Shown piece after piece: positions 30,693-40,987 of a stretch of 64,000 bases of DNA. The stretch is from a virus. Under the pieces are notes generated by a model. The model saw only the letters and a list, made by a program, of their open reading frames with translations, searched no databases and was not told where the DNA came from. The translations under genes and the position numbers were made by a program. Location: IMG/VR virus record IMGVR_UViG_3300033141_003544, positions 41,578 through 105,577 of that record; one strand, given 5' to 3'. Numbering within the stretch: position 1 is the stretch's first letter; each line of letters begins with the position of its first letter.

Positions 30693-31025
30693 ATGAGAAT
30701 AACTGAATATCTAGATAAAGTTAAGGAGTCAGGTTATGTTTTTGGCTATAGTGATTCTGAACTTTTGAGGAAGTTAGGGGGAAGTATGGAACCGATAGAT
30801 GTGGAGAACTTTCTTGAAGATTGGAAGTATACTTTAACAAAAAATGAAAGGAATATTTTTGAGAAGTTCTTTGGTGATACATATCCTGAGCACCGTACTA
30901 AAGTTATAGAGATTTTAAATCAAAAACAGCTTAGGTGTATATTTGAGTGGTTTGTAAATGAGTATAGGGATATAAAAGATATTATAAAGATATTTGAAGA
31001 TCATTTGGAGAAATATTATGGTTGA
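30693..31025 (+). CDS. hypothetical protein
   Basis: AGGAGG SD. Confidence 0.7.
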   Translation: MRITEYLDKVKESGYVFGYSDSELLRKLGGSMEPIDVENFLEDWKYTLTKNERNIFEKFFGDTYPEHRTKVIEILNQKQLRCIFEWFVNEYRDIKDIIKIFEDHLEKYYG

Positions 31026-31314
31026 TATAAAAATAAATCTCGAAGAAGTTGAAGAAATAATCAAACTCGCTGATGAAGAAGGCATGAACCCTTACGAGAT
31101 TGCAAAAGAGTTAGGTTTGTTAAACGAACAGTCAAAAACTTTGCCTATGGCAAAAATTGTTTTAAAGAAAATAAGACAAACAGCAAGAAGAGTGGTTGAG
31201 TCTAATAATTGGACAATCAAAAAAGAGGGTAAAAAAGTAACTTATATAGCAATAAAATCTGATGAAAAATCAAGAGCAAATAAGTCAGCGGAACAAGTAT
31301 TAATGGAAGAATAA
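31018..31314 (+). CDS. HTH-like protein, paralogue of 36275-36589
   Basis: PYEIAKELGLL..KKIRQTARRV. Confidence 0.6.
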   Translation: MVDIKINLEEVEEIIKLADEEGMNPYEIAKELGLLNEQSKTLPMAKIVLKKIRQTARRVVESNNWTIKKEGKKVTYIAIKSDEKSRANKSAEQVLMEE

Positions 31315-31493
31315 TAAAAAAGTTTTGATGATATCTGGTAAGACTGAAACAGAACCAGTTATTTAATGAAATTAAGATTACCTTGATGTATAAAAATTAA
31401 CTAAAAAGTAAGTTGTAAGTGTGAAATTGGTTTGTATATTGTATTTGTCAATTAATTATTGTAAAAATCAAAACACACTTTTTGAGGTTTAAA

Positions 31494-32018
31494 ATGAGTT
31501 ACAAAGGAAGTTTCAAAAGAGAAGATGTGACACCTATTGTTAATGAAGTTATTGAAGTTTTAAAACCAATGGTTTCAAAAATTGAAATTTGTGGTTCTTA
31601 TAGAAGGGGCTGTAAAACAATTGGTGATTTAGATTTTATTTTTACGTCAAATAATGTTTCAAAGGATATTGTTTTAACTAAATTTTATTCTTTAGGGGAT
31701 ACTCAAGATATTAGTCCTGGTAAAAAGTTTACAATATTATATAATAATGATAAAGTAAAAAAATTGCTTGTGGAATTAGTTCACTTTGAAGAGTACAATA
31801 TTGGGGCAGCTATGATGCATTTTACAGGTCCTTATGAATTGAATATAATTCAAAGAGCCAAAGCAAAAAAGAAAGGGTGGTTGTTAAACCAGTATGGTTT
31901 ATTTGATAAAAACAAAAATATGATTGCTGGAAAGACTGAGAATGAAATATATACTGCATTGGATTTACCATACATAACTCCAGAAGAAAGACAAGAATAT
32001 GTGGGGAAATTAAAATAA
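31494..32018 (+). CDS. polX: Minimal X-family DNA polymerase (PolX)
   Basis: CGSYRRG..GDLD, HFTGP, LNQYGL, YITPEER. Confidence 0.88.
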   Translation: MSYKGSFKREDVTPIVNEVIEVLKPMVSKIEICGSYRRGCKTIGDLDFIFTSNNVSKDIVLTKFYSLGDTQDISPGKKFTILYNNDKVKKLLVELVHFEEYNIGAAMMHFTGPYELNIIQRAKAKKKGWLLNQYGLFDKNKNMIAGKTENEIYTALDLPYITPEERQEYVGKLK

Positions 32019-32022
32019 AAAT

Positions 32023-32116
32023 GGCACGGTGGCTGAGAGACAAGGCACATGAAATGGAAAAGTGGTATAGTCATGAAGCAGGCTATTGCGGGGTTTAACT
32101 CCTGCCCGTGCCACTA
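32023..32116 (+). tRNA. tRNA-like element with 18-nt anticodon loop (pseudo-tRNA or mimic)
   Basis: Acceptor GGCACGG/CCGTGCC-A-CTA; D arm GCT/GGC; stem CATGA/TCATG; T arm GCGGG-GTTTAACT-CCTGC. Confidence 0.6.
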
Positions 32117-32134
32117 AGTTTAATGGGGGTTCTT

Positions 32135-32497
32135 ATGTCACGAGAAACACAATACATTGGACTAAATAAATACGCACATGATTTTGTCAAGAATGCAATA
32201 AAAACAGAAAAATATATAATGACTCAAGGTATGTTTGGCGAGAACATTGAGGGAACTATTTATTATATGCCAGTACCCTATCCAGAATTTGATGTTAATG
32301 AAGAATATTATTATAAAGAAATTGTACAATGCGAACCATGGTCGTCAGGTCCAATGATATTTACTTGTTTACAGTGTACTTTAGTAAAAAAGACGCAGGT
32401 TCTTACAGATGAGAAAGGGGAGGAGTCTTTTCGTTGGATGATAGATCCCTCTATCGAAGAGGAATATGACTATGAAACAGGTAGATTAAATTTATAG
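32135..32497 (+). CDS. hypothetical protein
   Basis: ORF; PWSSGPMIF. Confidence 0.65.
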   Translation: MSRETQYIGLNKYAHDFVKNAIKTEKYIMTQGMFGENIEGTIYYMPVPYPEFDVNEEYYYKEIVQCEPWSSGPMIFTCLQCTLVKKTQVLTDEKGEESFRWMIDPSIEEEYDYETGRLNL

Positions 32498-32512
32498 AAA
32501 GGAGGTAAAACC

Positions 32513-33010
32513 ATGAGTACAAGATGTCAAGTAGGTTTTTATCAGGAAGGTGAAAAAGATTTAAATAAGTTTGAGGTTTTATTATATCACCATTGGGACG
32601 GTTATCCTTCATATATGATACCAGAGATGGCAAAAGTTTTAATTCCCTTTCATAAAAATCGCGGGTTGGAGGATTTTGAATATGCTGCTGCAACTCTTAT
32701 TAAGTGGTGGGGTTTAAGTCAAATGTTAGATAGTCAAAAATGGAAAGACGATAATGATGCAATTACTCTTACAAAAGAAAATGTTTTTGACTTGCTTGAA
32801 TTTACTGGTTTTGGTGTTTGTAAGGAGTTTCATTGGGATATAGCATATTTTTATGCTATATACACTGATGGGGTAATTGAAACTTATGTATGTCCTTATT
32901 CTGGTATCAAAACTGATGATTTGAAAAAGATTGGAACTTTAAATATTGGTGATTTGGAATTTGGTGATCCAAAAGAAATTGGAAGAGTGATAGAAAATGA
33001 ATCATATTAA
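32513..33010 (+). CDS. conserved phage hypothetical protein
   Basis: MSTR..YHHWDGYP family motif. Confidence 0.7.
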   Translation: MSTRCQVGFYQEGEKDLNKFEVLLYHHWDGYPSYMIPEMAKVLIPFHKNRGLEDFEYAAATLIKWWGLSQMLDSQKWKDDNDAITLTKENVFDLLEFTGFGVCKEFHWDIAYFYAIYTDGVIETYVCPYSGIKTDDLKKIGTLNIGDLEFGDPKEIGRVIENESY

Positions 33011-34853
33011 GGATTTAGAATTAAAAATAAGGCGACATAATGATTTGTATTACAATTATGTTCCAGAAATAACTGATGAAGAGTATGATCAGTTGGTTGC
33101 CGAAATGAAATTATTGGATCCTAATAATCCAGTTTTGGATGAAGTGGGTGCTCCAGTTCTTGGTTCTATTACTATGCGTCATAAATACAAAATGTATAGT
33201 CTAGACAAGGTTATGGATCTTGATGAGTTTTTGAACGGTTTTGCAAAAAAGTTTAGTGGTGAGGCTTTTTTGTGTTCTCAAAAATTAGACGGTTGTGCAG
33301 TTGAAATATTTTACAATAATGGGAGATTACAATATGCATTAACTAGAGGTGATGGAGAGGTTGGTCAGGTGGTAACTGAACAGGTTAAAGTTATAGAAAA
33401 TGTTCCTGAAAAGATACCCTTGATTAAACCTCTACATGTATATGGTGAGTGTGTTATTTCAAACAAAGATTTTGAGGAGATTGGAGAAGGTTATACAAAT
33501 TCAAGAAATTTAGTTAATGGAACAATAAGACCTGATGGTGATTTAGAATTGGTTAAAGAAAGAAATGTCCGTTTTTTTGCTTATAATGTAATAAAGCAAA
33601 ATAACAATATAGGTTCACTCAATACTGATCTTTTTTATATAGGTAAAGATCAAGGTTTTGAGACTGTTCCAAAGGATTGGGGTGAAGTTGAAAAAGTAAT
33701 AAAAATGTATAATGAATGTTTAAAGAACAGAGATAGGTTAGATTTTCAAATTGATGGTATTTGTGTTTTTGTTGACAACAAATCTGATTGGGATAGTATA
33801 GGTTATACTTCTCACCATCCAAAGTTTGCGGTAGCTATTAAATTTCCAAGTGAGTCAAAGATTGTGGAAGTAATAAGAGTTCGTTGGGATATAAGTAGAA
33901 CTGGTACATTGACACCGGTAGCTGAGTTCGAACCTATTTTGTTAGGCGGAGCTATAGTTCAAAATGTTACTTTGCATAACTGGGATACAGGTAAGAACAT
34001 ATCAAAAGGTACTAAAATTAGAGTAAAAAGGAGTGGTGATGTAATTCCTTGTTTTATGGGAGTTGTAGAATATCCCAATGTGGGGAATACAAATTGTGCT
34101 CCAATAATTTGTCCATATTGTGGGGAAAAAACTGTTAATGACGGAGTTAGATTGAAATGTTCCAATGAAGGTTGTCCTCAACGTTTAGTAATGTTAACTG
34201 AAGATATCTTGGATAGGCTGAATCATAAAGGGTTAGCAACAAAACAAATAGAAGAACTTTATTATAATACTCCATCAGGGTTTAAAAGCCCATGGTTATT
34301 GTGGAAAATACCTGAACAGGATTTTAATGTATTAGGATATAATCAAGGTCCAAAAGTTTATAAATCTTTACATGAAATAAAAAAAGGCATCCCGTTATGG
34401 AGAATGATATATGCTCTTTGTATACCTATGGTGGGTAAAAAAGCTTCAAAAGAGTTAGCTAACTATTATAAGACTTTCGATAAGTTTTGGATTGATAAAG
34501 GTCAAAAAAGGTACCGTGAATATAGAATAGGTGAGGAACTAGAGAGATATATTGAGGAAAATCCTGGATTGAAATTTTATTTAGAAACATTAAGTTTTGA
34601 AATAAAAGAAATAAAGGAGGAAACAACAATGCATAACTATAGTTTTTGTGTTACTGGGACTTTATCAATAAAACGAAAAGAGTTTGAGGAATTAGTTGAA
34701 TCTAAGGGTTATATTTTTAGTAGTTCAGTTACAAAAGATCTTGACTATTTAGTTGTTGGGGAAAACCCTGGAGAGAATAAATTAGCCAAAGCACATAGGT
34801 ATCAAATAGCAACAATAAGTGAAAAAAGATTTAATGAGATAATGGAGGTATGA
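32997..34853 (+). CDS. ligA: NAD-dependent DNA ligase
   Basis: MYSLDK, KLDG, TRGDG, AIKF, zinc finger, BRCT. Confidence 0.95.
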   Translation: MNHIKDLELKIRRHNDLYYNYVPEITDEEYDQLVAEMKLLDPNNPVLDEVGAPVLGSITMRHKYKMYSLDKVMDLDEFLNGFAKKFSGEAFLCSQKLDGCAVEIFYNNGRLQYALTRGDGEVGQVVTEQVKVIENVPEKIPLIKPLHVYGECVISNKDFEEIGEGYTNSRNLVNGTIRPDGDLELVKERNVRFFAYNVIKQNNNIGSLNTDLFYIGKDQGFETVPKDWGEVEKVIKMYNECLKNRDRLDFQIDGICVFVDNKSDWDSIGYTSHHPKFAVAIKFPSESKIVEVIRVRWDISRTGTLTPVAEFEPILLGGAIVQNVTLHNWDTGKNISKGTKIRVKRSGDVIPCFMGVVEYPNVGNTNCAPIICPYCGEKTVNDGVRLKCSNEGCPQRLVMLTEDILDRLNHKGLATKQIEELYYNTPSGFKSPWLLWKIPEQDFNVLGYNQGPKVYKSLHEIKKGIPLWRMIYALCIPMVGKKASKELANYYKTFDKFWIDKGQKRYREYRIGEELERYIEENPGLKFYLETLSFEIKEIKEETTMHNYSFCVTGTLSIKRKEFEELVESKGYIFSSSVTKDLDYLVVGENPGENKLAKAHRYQIATISEKRFNEIMEV

Positions 34854-34854
34854 A

Positions 34855-35079
34855 ATGACTAAAAAAGAAGCATTGAAATGGCAAAAAAAGCTTTTAAAAG
34901 AGCCACCAGTACATATTGGAAAAGTTGAATTTGTCAAAGATGGTGATCTTTGGGGATTATCAATTGACGGGGATGGATCGCCCCAATATCCTTTCGGATA
35001 TCCCAAAATAATATGGGATGTAGAATCCGCAGAATCGTTTTTGGAAAGCAATTTTGATTTACGAAAAAGTGAGGTGTGA
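34855..35079 (+). CDS. hypothetical protein
   Basis: GGAGG SD. Confidence 0.6.
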   Translation: MTKKEALKWQKKLLKEPPVHIGKVEFVKDGDLWGLSIDGDGSPQYPFGYPKIIWDVESAESFLESNFDLRKSEV

Positions 35080-35080
35080 A

Positions 35081-35351
35081 ATGAAAAAAGAAACAACTAT
35101 ATGCAACCGAAGTTGCATATAGTTATTTTTTAAGCAAAGTACGTGATTGGCGAGAGGCGAAAGCACAAACAATTATTTATGATCATGATAATAATTATTA
35201 TATGTTTTCATGTAATATGGATAAGGAAACAGCCGCCGAAGTAATGGGGTTAATCGCCCATTATGATAAACAAGAGTTGCTTAAAAAAATTGAGGGTGAA
35301 TTTGTAATAGACTCGACAAGCCCTGGTTATGCAATTACAAGAGAAAGTTAA
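35081..35351 (+). pseudogene. Frameshifted small gene
   Basis: ATG+SD, then an 88-codon frame in +1 after an A6 run. Confidence 0.45.
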
Positions 35352-35404
35352 TTGCTTACCTAAGTTATACTCACAAAATTTTTTGTAAAGGGAAGGTTTA
35401 TAAA

Positions 35405-35677
35405 ATGGGAATACCATATAAAAAATGGAAAATGAAGAATAATGAGGTTCTTCCTATCGTCCAAGAGCTCAGGGGAAAGGTTCAAGGTATTTTGGATGAT
35501 GGTGGGGATTATATCTATATACGTTTGAGATGTCTTCTCGAAGGTATAAACTCTGTTACGGTTGTTAATCAAATAATAGATGAATTTAATCTTCAAGTAT
35601 TGGGGTTTGAAAGAAGAGTTATTAGCAAGAGACAACCTTTTTCATTACAGTCTATGTTTTTGATTGAGGATGGTTAA
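35405..35677 (+). CDS. hypothetical protein
   Basis: ORF with SD. Confidence 0.6.
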   Translation: MGIPYKKWKMKNNEVLPIVQELRGKVQGILDDGGDYIYIRLRCLLEGINSVTVVNQIIDEFNLQVLGFERRVISKRQPFSLQSMFLIEDG

Positions 35678-35757
35678 AAAAGTAAGTTGTAAGTTCTTAA
35701 TTGGTTTTTATATTAAAATTCAAAAATATTTTTGTTATAATATAAACCTTACTTTAA

Positions 35758-36066
35758 TTGGAGGACGATATGCTTGTGAGTTTGAAATGTTCAATTTGTG
35801 GAAGAACTCAAAATTATGATTTTCCTGATATAAATAAAAAAGGTTTGCTTGAAAATTTTTTGAGGGATGATTTTATATGTTCTGAATGTAGAAAATTAGA
35901 TGAAATAGATGTATTGTTACTCACTGTTTTACAAATGGAGGGTGATATGTCATCAAATAGATTAGCTAAAGTTTTTGGTTTAAGTATTGAAGAAGTAAAT
36001 ACAAGGCTAGATTATTTGACTCGTACAAATATAATAACAAAATATGATGGAATAGAAGAAGAATAA
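35758..36066 (+). CDS. zinc finger + winged-HTH protein
   Basis: CSICG..CSEC; SSNRLAKVFGLS. Confidence 0.6.
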   Translation: MEDDMLVSLKCSICGRTQNYDFPDINKKGLLENFLRDDFICSECRKLDEIDVLLLTVLQMEGDMSSNRLAKVFGLSIEEVNTRLDYLTRTNIITKYDGIEEE

Positions 36067-36274
36067 GGAAGAAATAATATGATTATTATGTTATTTGTAT
36101 TTTGAATAGAAACAGAGGTAGAAATTTATAATTGAAATTGTATACAAAATAAGAGTTGATTGTATTAGGTTATAATACAAAATAAAAAGAAAGTTGAAAG
36201 TTACATAATGGTTTATATATTATATTTAACAATTAATTGTAATACAACCCTTAACTTGGAAGGAGGTAAAAACA

Positions 36275-36589
36275 ATGTCCAAGAAAACAGAAACTAATAA
36301 TGTAAAAACACCTGCAACTGAGTCGAATCAGGAAAAGGTAAAAACACCTGCAACTGAGTCGAATCAGGAAAAGGTAAAAAACATTATTACAGGTAATGAA
36401 TTGACTGCTGTTGAAGTTGCTACAGAATTGGGTTTTCTTGACGGGTTGAAGGCTGGTAGTTTTGAATATGAAGGTGCTTTAAGAAAAGCCCGTAGTATAG
36501 CGCGGTCAGTTTGTAAAGCCTATGGTGGAGATCATAGCAAGCGTAGAGGCAAAAATGCTATCTACACTATTCCAGTTACCACCAGGTAG
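36275..36589 (+). CDS. HTH-like protein with a 36-bp tandem duplication
   Basis: VKTPATESNQEK x2; own promoter (36194-36221) and downstream hairpin. Confidence 0.7.
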   Translation: MSKKTETNNVKTPATESNQEKVKTPATESNQEKVKNIITGNELTAVEVATELGFLDGLKAGSFEYEGALRKARSIARSVCKAYGGDHSKRRGKNAIYTIPVTTR

Positions 36590-36603
36590 CTAAAAGGGGA
36601 GGG

Positions 36604-36629
36604 ACGGGGTTGCAAATTTGCAACCCCGT
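36604..36629 (+). terminator. 26-bp perfect palindrome, probable terminator
   Basis: ACGGGGTTGCAAATTTGCAACCCCGT. Confidence 0.6.
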
Positions 36630-36690
36630 ACCCTTGGTATGTTAAATTTTTTTGTAAAAATTAAAAATAACAAATAAAGTGAGGTAAGTT

Positions 36691-37560
36691 ATGAGTCATT
36701 TTTCATGCCTCGTTGTTGGGGATAATCCTGAACAACAATTGGAACCTTTTTGGGAATTAGATCTTGACTTGGAAGAATTGAGAAAAGACCATAGAGCGGT
36801 ATTCAGGGTAATTATTGAAGAGGGAGAATTAGAAAAAAATTATAATAAATGGAGAGATGAATATATATTGAAACTGAATAAAGCGATTGGAGAGTTAGAA
36901 GGTCTTAAATCTCAAAAAACTCCTGATTTATCTTTAATTGAGTCAACAAAAACTGACATAAAAAACTATGAGCACTATTTAGAAGATTATAGGGATCCAA
37001 TGGACTGGGTATCAAAATGGTATGGTTACTCATATGAAGAAAAAAAGGGTTGGGGTTATTGGGAAAATCCAAATGCAAAATGGGATTGGTTTCAATTAGG
37101 AGGTCGTTGGCGTGGTTATTTTAAATTAAAATTAAATTCTGGTGTAGATACAACTCTTGGGGAGATGGGAAGTTTTGGAAATGAATCAAAATATGATGCT
37201 GATCAAGCTGTAAAAAAAGATATTGATTTTTATAATATGAGAATCGGAAATTTTGAGGAAGCTTCAAGATTATGGGAGGAAGCTTGGAAAAATTACCCTG
37301 AAGAGGATAAATCCGTTCGTCGTTATTTGGAATACGGAATAACAAAAGAAGATACAAAGGAAAGTTATCTTAAACGACAAACTTCAATTGCAACACATGC
37401 AGTTTTAATGGATGGTAAGTGGTATCAACGAGGTGAAATGGGTTGGTGGGGACATATTAGTAATGAAAAAGATCTTGATGTGTGGGAGAAAGAATTTAAT
37501 GAATTATTGGATAATCTACCAGATGATACTTTGTTAAGTGTTTATGATCTTCATATATAA
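36691..37560 (+). CDS. conserved phage hypothetical protein
   Basis: NPNAKWDWFQLGGRW; GEMGWWG; VYDLHI. Confidence 0.75.
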   Translation: MSHFSCLVVGDNPEQQLEPFWELDLDLEELRKDHRAVFRVIIEEGELEKNYNKWRDEYILKLNKAIGELEGLKSQKTPDLSLIESTKTDIKNYEHYLEDYRDPMDWVSKWYGYSYEEKKGWGYWENPNAKWDWFQLGGRWRGYFKLKLNSGVDTTLGEMGSFGNESKYDADQAVKKDIDFYNMRIGNFEEASRLWEEAWKNYPEEDKSVRRYLEYGITKEDTKESYLKRQTSIATHAVLMDGKWYQRGEMGWWGHISNEKDLDVWEKEFNELLDNLPDDTLLSVYDLHI

Positions 37561-37574
37561 AGGAGGTATAATAA

Positions 37575-37898
37575 ATGAAAATGGTAACACTACAACAAAC
37601 AGGGTATTATATTAAAGGTCAAGTTGACGTTACTCTTTGGACGGGAGATATAGGAAAACTTTATATGGATCCGACGGTGGTTCCTCTTGGTAATATGACA
37701 AAGGAAAACCTTATGAAATGTATTAACGATGGACAATATGGAGTACAGTTTATCGATAGAGCAGAACTTGCTGTTTATGATTATTATGAAAATAATTATA
37801 AAGAGTTTAATAGGTATATTGATGTTAATGAGTATTTTTGTAAAAAATATCAATCAATATTTTGTAAAGGTATAAAAAAGAAAGTTGATAGTGAGTAA
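37575..37898 (+). CDS. hypothetical protein
   Basis: AGGAGG SD. Confidence 0.65.
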   Translation: MKMVTLQQTGYYIKGQVDVTLWTGDIGKLYMDPTVVPLGNMTKENLMKCINDGQYGVQFIDRAELAVYDYYENNYKEFNRYIDVNEYFCKKYQSIFCKGIKKKVDSE

Positions 37899-37950
37899 AA
37901 AAGTTTGTATATTAAATAAAAACAAAAAATATTTATTGAATGGAGGAATC

Positions 37951-38346
37951 ATGCCTACTTCAAACAAATTTTTTTACTTGTCTTATATTGCAAAAAATTT
38001 TGAAAATCTTACTTTTACCGAAAAATTCTCTCTTTTGAGAGAAGCGATGAAGAATAAAGAAATCACTCCAAAACAATTTTTGAAACTAACTTCAACAAAT
38101 GGTTATAAAGATGAACTTAGAGAAAAAGTAATATTCAATAGGTATTTGTCAAAAGCAGGTTTTGGGAATCAAGAAATAAGAAAAGTTAAAGTTAAAAGGA
38201 GAAGTACTCCTGAATGGACAGGGCAATCAGAAAAAACATTTCAATTTGATGATAGTTATTATGGAACTAAAAAAACATTGATTGTACCTCCAGAGTTACA
38301 AGGAGCAATCAATAGGATACATAATTGTCCAAGACCGAGGGGTTAA
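37951..38346 (+). CDS. hypothetical protein
   Basis: GGAGG SD; promoter at 37885-37913. Confidence 0.65.
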   Translation: MPTSNKFFYLSYIAKNFENLTFTEKFSLLREAMKNKEITPKQFLKLTSTNGYKDELREKVIFNRYLSKAGFGNQEIRKVKVKRRSTPEWTGQSEKTFQFDDSYYGTKKTLIVPPELQGAINRIHNCPRPRG

Positions 38347-38347
38347 A

Positions 38348-38707
38348 ATGACTTATAAAGAGTTGTATCAAAAACTTGTACAGTCAAAAAGAAATATTGT
38401 AAAGGACAGTGGGGATTTTTATTGGCACAAAGGTAAGGTAAAACTGTCAAATGGTGATATAGTTCTTGCTTGGATGTTGTTGGATCATGGTTCTTCTGGT
38501 GAGCATTGGGATACAGTGTTCTTTTTTAAATCTGAAAAGAAATTATATTGCATTGCTCAGTCACTGTTTAGTTCTGATTTACTTTCTGAAACCACAAAAG
38601 GTTTTATAAAGAGGGTAAAAGAAGGTTATCAATATTGGATAAGTGAACCTTATGATGGTGATATACATATTGATAAAAATGGTTGGGTCAGTCAACCGGT
38701 ATATTAA
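38348..38707 (+). CDS. hypothetical protein
   Basis: SSGEHW motif; SD. Confidence 0.6.
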   Translation: MTYKELYQKLVQSKRNIVKDSGDFYWHKGKVKLSNGDIVLAWMLLDHGSSGEHWDTVFFFKSEKKLYCIAQSLFSSDLLSETTKGFIKRVKEGYQYWISEPYDGDIHIDKNGWVSQPVY

Positions 38708-38739
38708 TGATCGGTTGTATTTTAAAAAGGAGAAATAAA

Positions 38740-38952
38740 ATGGGTAAAAATTTTAATAGGGGTAAAATAGTAAATATTACAGTATTCAAGACTGATAAAT
38801 CGTCAATGGAGTTTTTAGGGAGATATGAGATATTTGACTGGTATATTATTGTTCATGAGTTTGAAAAGGTAGACGGTGATTGGAAAGAAACAGGTAATCT
38901 CTATCTGTTTAATCAGAATATTGTTGAAGAAATACATTATAATAGGATATAG
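38740..38952 (+). CDS. hypothetical protein
   Basis: AGGAG SD. Confidence 0.6.
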   Translation: MGKNFNRGKIVNITVFKTDKSSMEFLGRYEIFDWYIIVHEFEKVDGDWKETGNLYLFNQNIVEEIHYNRI

Positions 38953-38988
38953 ACTCCATTATTCTTACAAATAAAGAGGAGAAATAAT

Positions 38989-39297
38989 ATGAGTTGGTCA
39001 ATATTAGGGATAACTTACAAAAAGAGTCGAATAGAAAGAGACTATGATATTTTTGATAAAATAAAGATTGGAGCTTTGGTTGAATTAAGTAATTGTACCA
39101 ATTGTAAAGGAGAGATAACATTAACAAGTTCTTGTGAAGAAAAAGTTAAAATTTACCGTTCTATCTTACTCTATTATAATTATATTGTCGTGATTTCCTA
39201 CTCAAATAAGGGAACAGCGACCTTATTTGCTAAACCTACCTATTTATCATTAAATAGGTTCTCAGCGGATAATATAAGACCACCCATGTATCCATAG
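38989..39297 (+). CDS. hypothetical protein
   Basis: GAGGAG SD. Confidence 0.55.
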   Translation: MSWSILGITYKKSRIERDYDIFDKIKIGALVELSNCTNCKGEITLTSSCEEKVKIYRSILLYYNYIVVISYSNKGTATLFAKPTYLSLNRFSADNIRPPMYP

Positions 39298-39353
39298 AGA
39301 TAAGGAAACTAGACTTTATATAAAAACTTTTGGAGGTTGAAATTCCTCCATCA

Positions 39354-39399
39354 GGGCTGGGGTTTTTTGACTCCATTCTTTCCCCAGCCCGCCACTTTT
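39354..39399 (+). terminator. intrinsic terminator
   Basis: GGGCTGGGG/CCCCAGCCC followed by a short T-run. Confidence 0.55.
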
Positions 39400-39556
39400 A
39401 ATCTGTGTTGCTATATAAAATAATTATACACTATGTTTTTGACAAATAAAGGACATAACATCTTTTTTAACTTAACGTTAAAAGAAAACACACAACTCTC
39501 TTTTTATCTAATTCAAATTGAAACTTATCCCATTTCATTTATGGAATACAAAAAAG

Positions 39557-39623
39557 TGTGTTCCACAGCGTGTTAAAAGTATGTTGTAAGTGGGAAAATG
39601 GTTTTGTATATTAAAACAAAAAA
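39557..39623 (+). promoter_or_regulatory. 67-bp repeated promoter cassette, copy 1
   Basis: ACAGCGTGTTAAAAGTATG-TTGTAA-N17-TATATT-AAAACAAAAAA. Confidence 0.8.
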
Positions 39624-39652
39624 TGTGTTTAAGAAAAGAAAGGAGCTAACCA

Positions 39653-40123
39653 ATGGAAAAGTTACAAACAAGAAAAATTGTTCAGGTTAAAAAGTCAGAG
39701 ATAAGGTCAAAGAAAAAGAAGAAATCAAAAGACAAAGCCTGGCCTGGAGCTGCAAGAGATAGGGATTTTTGTATTCGAAAAGAAAAATTTGATGGGCGAG
39801 AAGTTGTTGTCTCGTATAGAAAAGAGTCTGGGAAAGTGGATTTTTCTACAAGAGAAATTATATCAGATTTAGAAGGTGAGCCAAGTTTACAAGACATTAG
39901 GTTAGAACGATGTAGATGTTTCCTTTGTGGAAAAGAATTCTTCAATGAAGATGGCTTGGCAAATCATGTTGGAGAGTGTGAAGGCAATCAGGGAGCAAGA
40001 ATCCTTGACGGTTTTAAGCTAAAAGAGCAAGCAAAAGGGGTTATTTCTGATATAATTGATGTAGCACAACCACAAAGGTTTTGTGATGGAGTTTCAATAT
40101 CAGTAGGAGGACCTATTAAATGA
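39653..40123 (+). CDS. basic protein with C2H-type zinc finger; paralogue of 46031-46249
   Basis: WPG..RD motif; CFLCG..H. Confidence 0.65.
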   Translation: MEKLQTRKIVQVKKSEIRSKKKKKSKDKAWPGAARDRDFCIRKEKFDGREVVVSYRKESGKVDFSTREIISDLEGEPSLQDIRLERCRCFLCGKEFFNEDGLANHVGECEGNQGARILDGFKLKEQAKGVISDIIDVAQPQRFCDGVSISVGGPIK

Positions 40124-40175
40124 GTTGTGGTTTACTTTCAAGAATAACAACATTATTAAAAGAAAGGAGCATAAT

Positions 40176-40430
40176 ATGTCAGATTGTATAAGAGTATGTC
40201 CTGATTGTGGTCAGCCTCTTGATGAGGCTAATGATCCTAAATATAAACAAAATCTTTATTTCTGTTTATATTGTCAAGGATATTATCAAGAGCATCATAC
40301 TATTGAAACATCGGATTGTCCAAAGTGTTATTCTAAATTACAGTTAGCAGGTGTAGCTATTGACGAAAAAACAAACTGTGAGTTGGATATTTTGATATGT
40401 CCAGAGTGTAATTATGAAAGTATTAGATAA
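40176..40430 (+). CDS. double zinc-ribbon protein
   Basis: Four CxxC motifs. Confidence 0.65.
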   Translation: MSDCIRVCPDCGQPLDEANDPKYKQNLYFCLYCQGYYQEHHTIETSDCPKCYSKLQLAGVAIDEKTNCELDILICPECNYESIR

Positions 40431-40448
40431 AACAAAAGGAGATATGAC

Positions 40449-40976
40449 ATGACTAAGGAAGAAATTCAAAAAGTACTGGATACTTCAGAGAATCCAATCG
40501 AGGAGTTAGGGGAGATTGGATTCTTTGAAGTAAACGACTGGGGGAGCTGTCAATATACTGGAGCATTAAATATGTTCAAAACTTTGAACATATTAAAAGA
40601 AGTTTTTGGTCGGGAAGAAGCCACTAAAAAATTAGGGATAACGGTTTCATTAGGAGAAGTACGAAGTGAAGAAGAAGCAGTTAAGTTGTTTCAAAAAGAA
40701 GAAATAGAAGACCTCAAAAATTGGAATTCTCTGGAAGAAGCAAAAGAGTTAGAAAGGATTACATTCTCTTCGTTAGATGATTTTTTTGATTATGCTAATA
40801 ATGCAGCTTGGGATTTGTGGAGTGCAGTTCAGTGTATAGTTGGATATGTTTTCCCAGAATTAAAAATTGAGAGTATATTTATTCAGAATGAAAATTACAA
40901 AACAGGGTTTTATTGTTGGTTGTTATATGAATATTGCGAAATAGACGAAGCGAGTTTTGCAGATTTTGCTACATAG
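40449..40976 (+). CDS. acidic hypothetical protein
   Basis: SD+ORF. Confidence 0.65.
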   Translation: MTKEEIQKVLDTSENPIEELGEIGFFEVNDWGSCQYTGALNMFKTLNILKEVFGREEATKKLGITVSLGEVRSEEEAVKLFQKEEIEDLKNWNSLEEAKELERITFSSLDDFFDYANNAAWDLWSAVQCIVGYVFPELKIESIFIQNENYKTGFYCWLLYEYCEIDEASFADFAT

Positions 40977-40987
40977 TAGGTGGATAT

